DNA of 64,000 nt from Elusimicrobiota bacterium (GTDB taxonomy: Bacteria > Elusimicrobiota > Elusimicrobia > Elusimicrobiales > UBA9959): positions 4,365 through 68,364 of the forward strand of contig JACQPH010000067.1 of assembly GCA_016207645.1 (NCBI GenBank), read 5' to 3'. A model generated the notes under the pieces. That model worked only from the letters and a program-made list of their open reading frames with translations, had not been told where the DNA came from and searched no databases. Positions 63,232 through 64,000 of this stretch are shown in pieces; position 1 is the stretch's first letter; each line of letters starts with the position of its first letter. The position numbers and the translations under genes were made by a program.

Positions 63232-64000
63232 ATGTTCAACACCATACAGGTGATCTGCTCCTCCGAGAAAGACAGGCTCATCCTCGCCGGCATCTTCAGG
63301 AACCTGGGCGCGGACGCGGTCTTTTCGAACGACCTTAACGACGCTCTCTCCATATTCGAGAAGGCCAGGCCCGCCGCCGTGTTCATAGCCGACGGCGGGG
63401 AGCCCCCGGCGGAGATACAGCTGCGGGAGCTGCGCCGCGCCGCCCCCTTCATCCCGCTGATCCCCCTTTTGAAACGGCGCGACGCCAGCCGCGCCGTGGA
63501 CCTGATGAAAGCGGGCGCGCTGGACTGCGCGCAAAGCCCCTGGACCGAGGAGGAGCTGCGCCCCCTGTACCGGAAGGCGCTGAACCTCGGCGGCACCGTG
63601 CTCGAGCTGGATTCCTTCGCGCTGCGCCGGAGGCGGCGTTCCCTGGCGCTGGCCCTGGCGGCGGCCTTCGGCTTCGCCGGTTTCGCCGGCGGCCTCTATT
63701 ACGGCTTCCACAAATTCTCCCCCCACGCGCCGCCGCCGGACAGCTTCCACCTGCCCTACTCGCATCCCAGCGGCATAGTGATAAAAAAGGATTCCGTCCT
63801 GATCAGCGACTGGTACAGCCAGGCTCTTTACGAGCACGGCGGAAAGAATTTCGGCATCAGGCGGGTCACCAGCCTGCCCGACCTCACGCCGGTGGCCATG
63901 ACCGCCTCCCAGGACGCTCTCTGGCTGACCGGCACGAACGGGGCCGTCGAGAAGCGCCTGCTGGACGCCGGCTACACCAGGGTTTCGAAGACCGCCGCTT
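63232..64000 (+). CDS. Receiver-like domain + TM helix + periplasmic domain protein (3' end outside window)
   Basis: Frame is open from ATG 63232 to the window end (translated by hand): MFNTIQVICSSEKDRLILAG...AVFIADGG...LMKAGALDC, then the TM helix LALALAAAFGFAGFAGGLYYGF. Not in the ORF track because no stop is reached. Confidence 0.55.
   Translation, partial: MFNTIQVICSSEKDRLILAGIFRNLGADAVFSNDLNDALSIFEKARPAAVFIADGGEPPAEIQLRELRRAAPFIPLIPLLKRRDASRAVDLMKAGALDCAQSPWTEEELRPLYRKALNLGGTVLELDSFALRRRRRSLALALAAAFGFAGFAGGLYYGFHKFSPHAPPPDSFHLPYSHPSGIVIKKDSVLISDWYSQALYEHGGKNFGIRRVTSLPDLTPVAMTASQDALWLTGTNGAVEKRLLDAGYTRVSKTAA

Noticed and set aside
1-64000. CRISPR arrays, rRNA genes, intact IS elements, prophage genes
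   Set aside because: Reading both strands showed no regularly spaced direct repeats, no rRNA-like conserved segments, no full-length transposase, integrase or recombinase, and no phage structural genes.

Overview
This is a 64-kb chromosomal segment from a high-GC bacterium with diderm-type envelope genes. The lineage cannot be named from the sequence alone. I support about 50 protein-coding genes and two tRNAs (tRNA-Gln CUG, tRNA-Pro UGG). I found no rRNA, no CRISPR array and no intact mobile element. Layout: (i) 0-5.1 kb is a toxin-antitoxin / abortive-infection islet. It holds a DUF4143 AAA ATPase, AbiEi/AbiEii, an orphan BrnA-like antitoxin, a nucleotidyltransferase-fold pair and MNT/HEPN. 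A ~60-bp direct repeat brackets the ATPase-AbiE module. (ii) 5-22 kb is housekeeping: two MATE exporters, typA, an ABC-F protein, yciH, an acid phosphatase, LysR + ahcY, and an EEP nuclease + hrpB. It is interrupted by a DUF350 gene translationally coupled to a 620-aa exported/membrane protein, in which an intein-like Hint domain sits between a 15-glycine tract and two Tim44-like domains. (iii) 22-27 kb is a tightly coupled argG-argH-SulP(cNMP-binding)-small membrane protein operon. (iv) 27.5-34.4 kb is a molybdenum-hydroxylase cluster with an amidohydrolase and an FAD subunit that carries an inserted GltD/YgfK-like module. (v) 37-51.5 kb looks compositionally distinct and lies between an IS481-like transposase remnant and tRNA-Gln. 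It holds a three-gene operon: an unclassifiable ~1800-aa secreted repeat protein, a thioester-containing alpha-2-macroglobulin and PBP1C. (vi) 51.5-64 kb holds envelope and peptidoglycan-remodelling genes. Most long ORFs on the strand opposite these genes are GC-driven shadow ORFs and were rejected. The best candidates for something new are the giant-protein/alpha-2-macroglobulin/PBP1C operon and the Hint-Tim44 protein. All family assignments come from reading motifs by eye, not from database searches.
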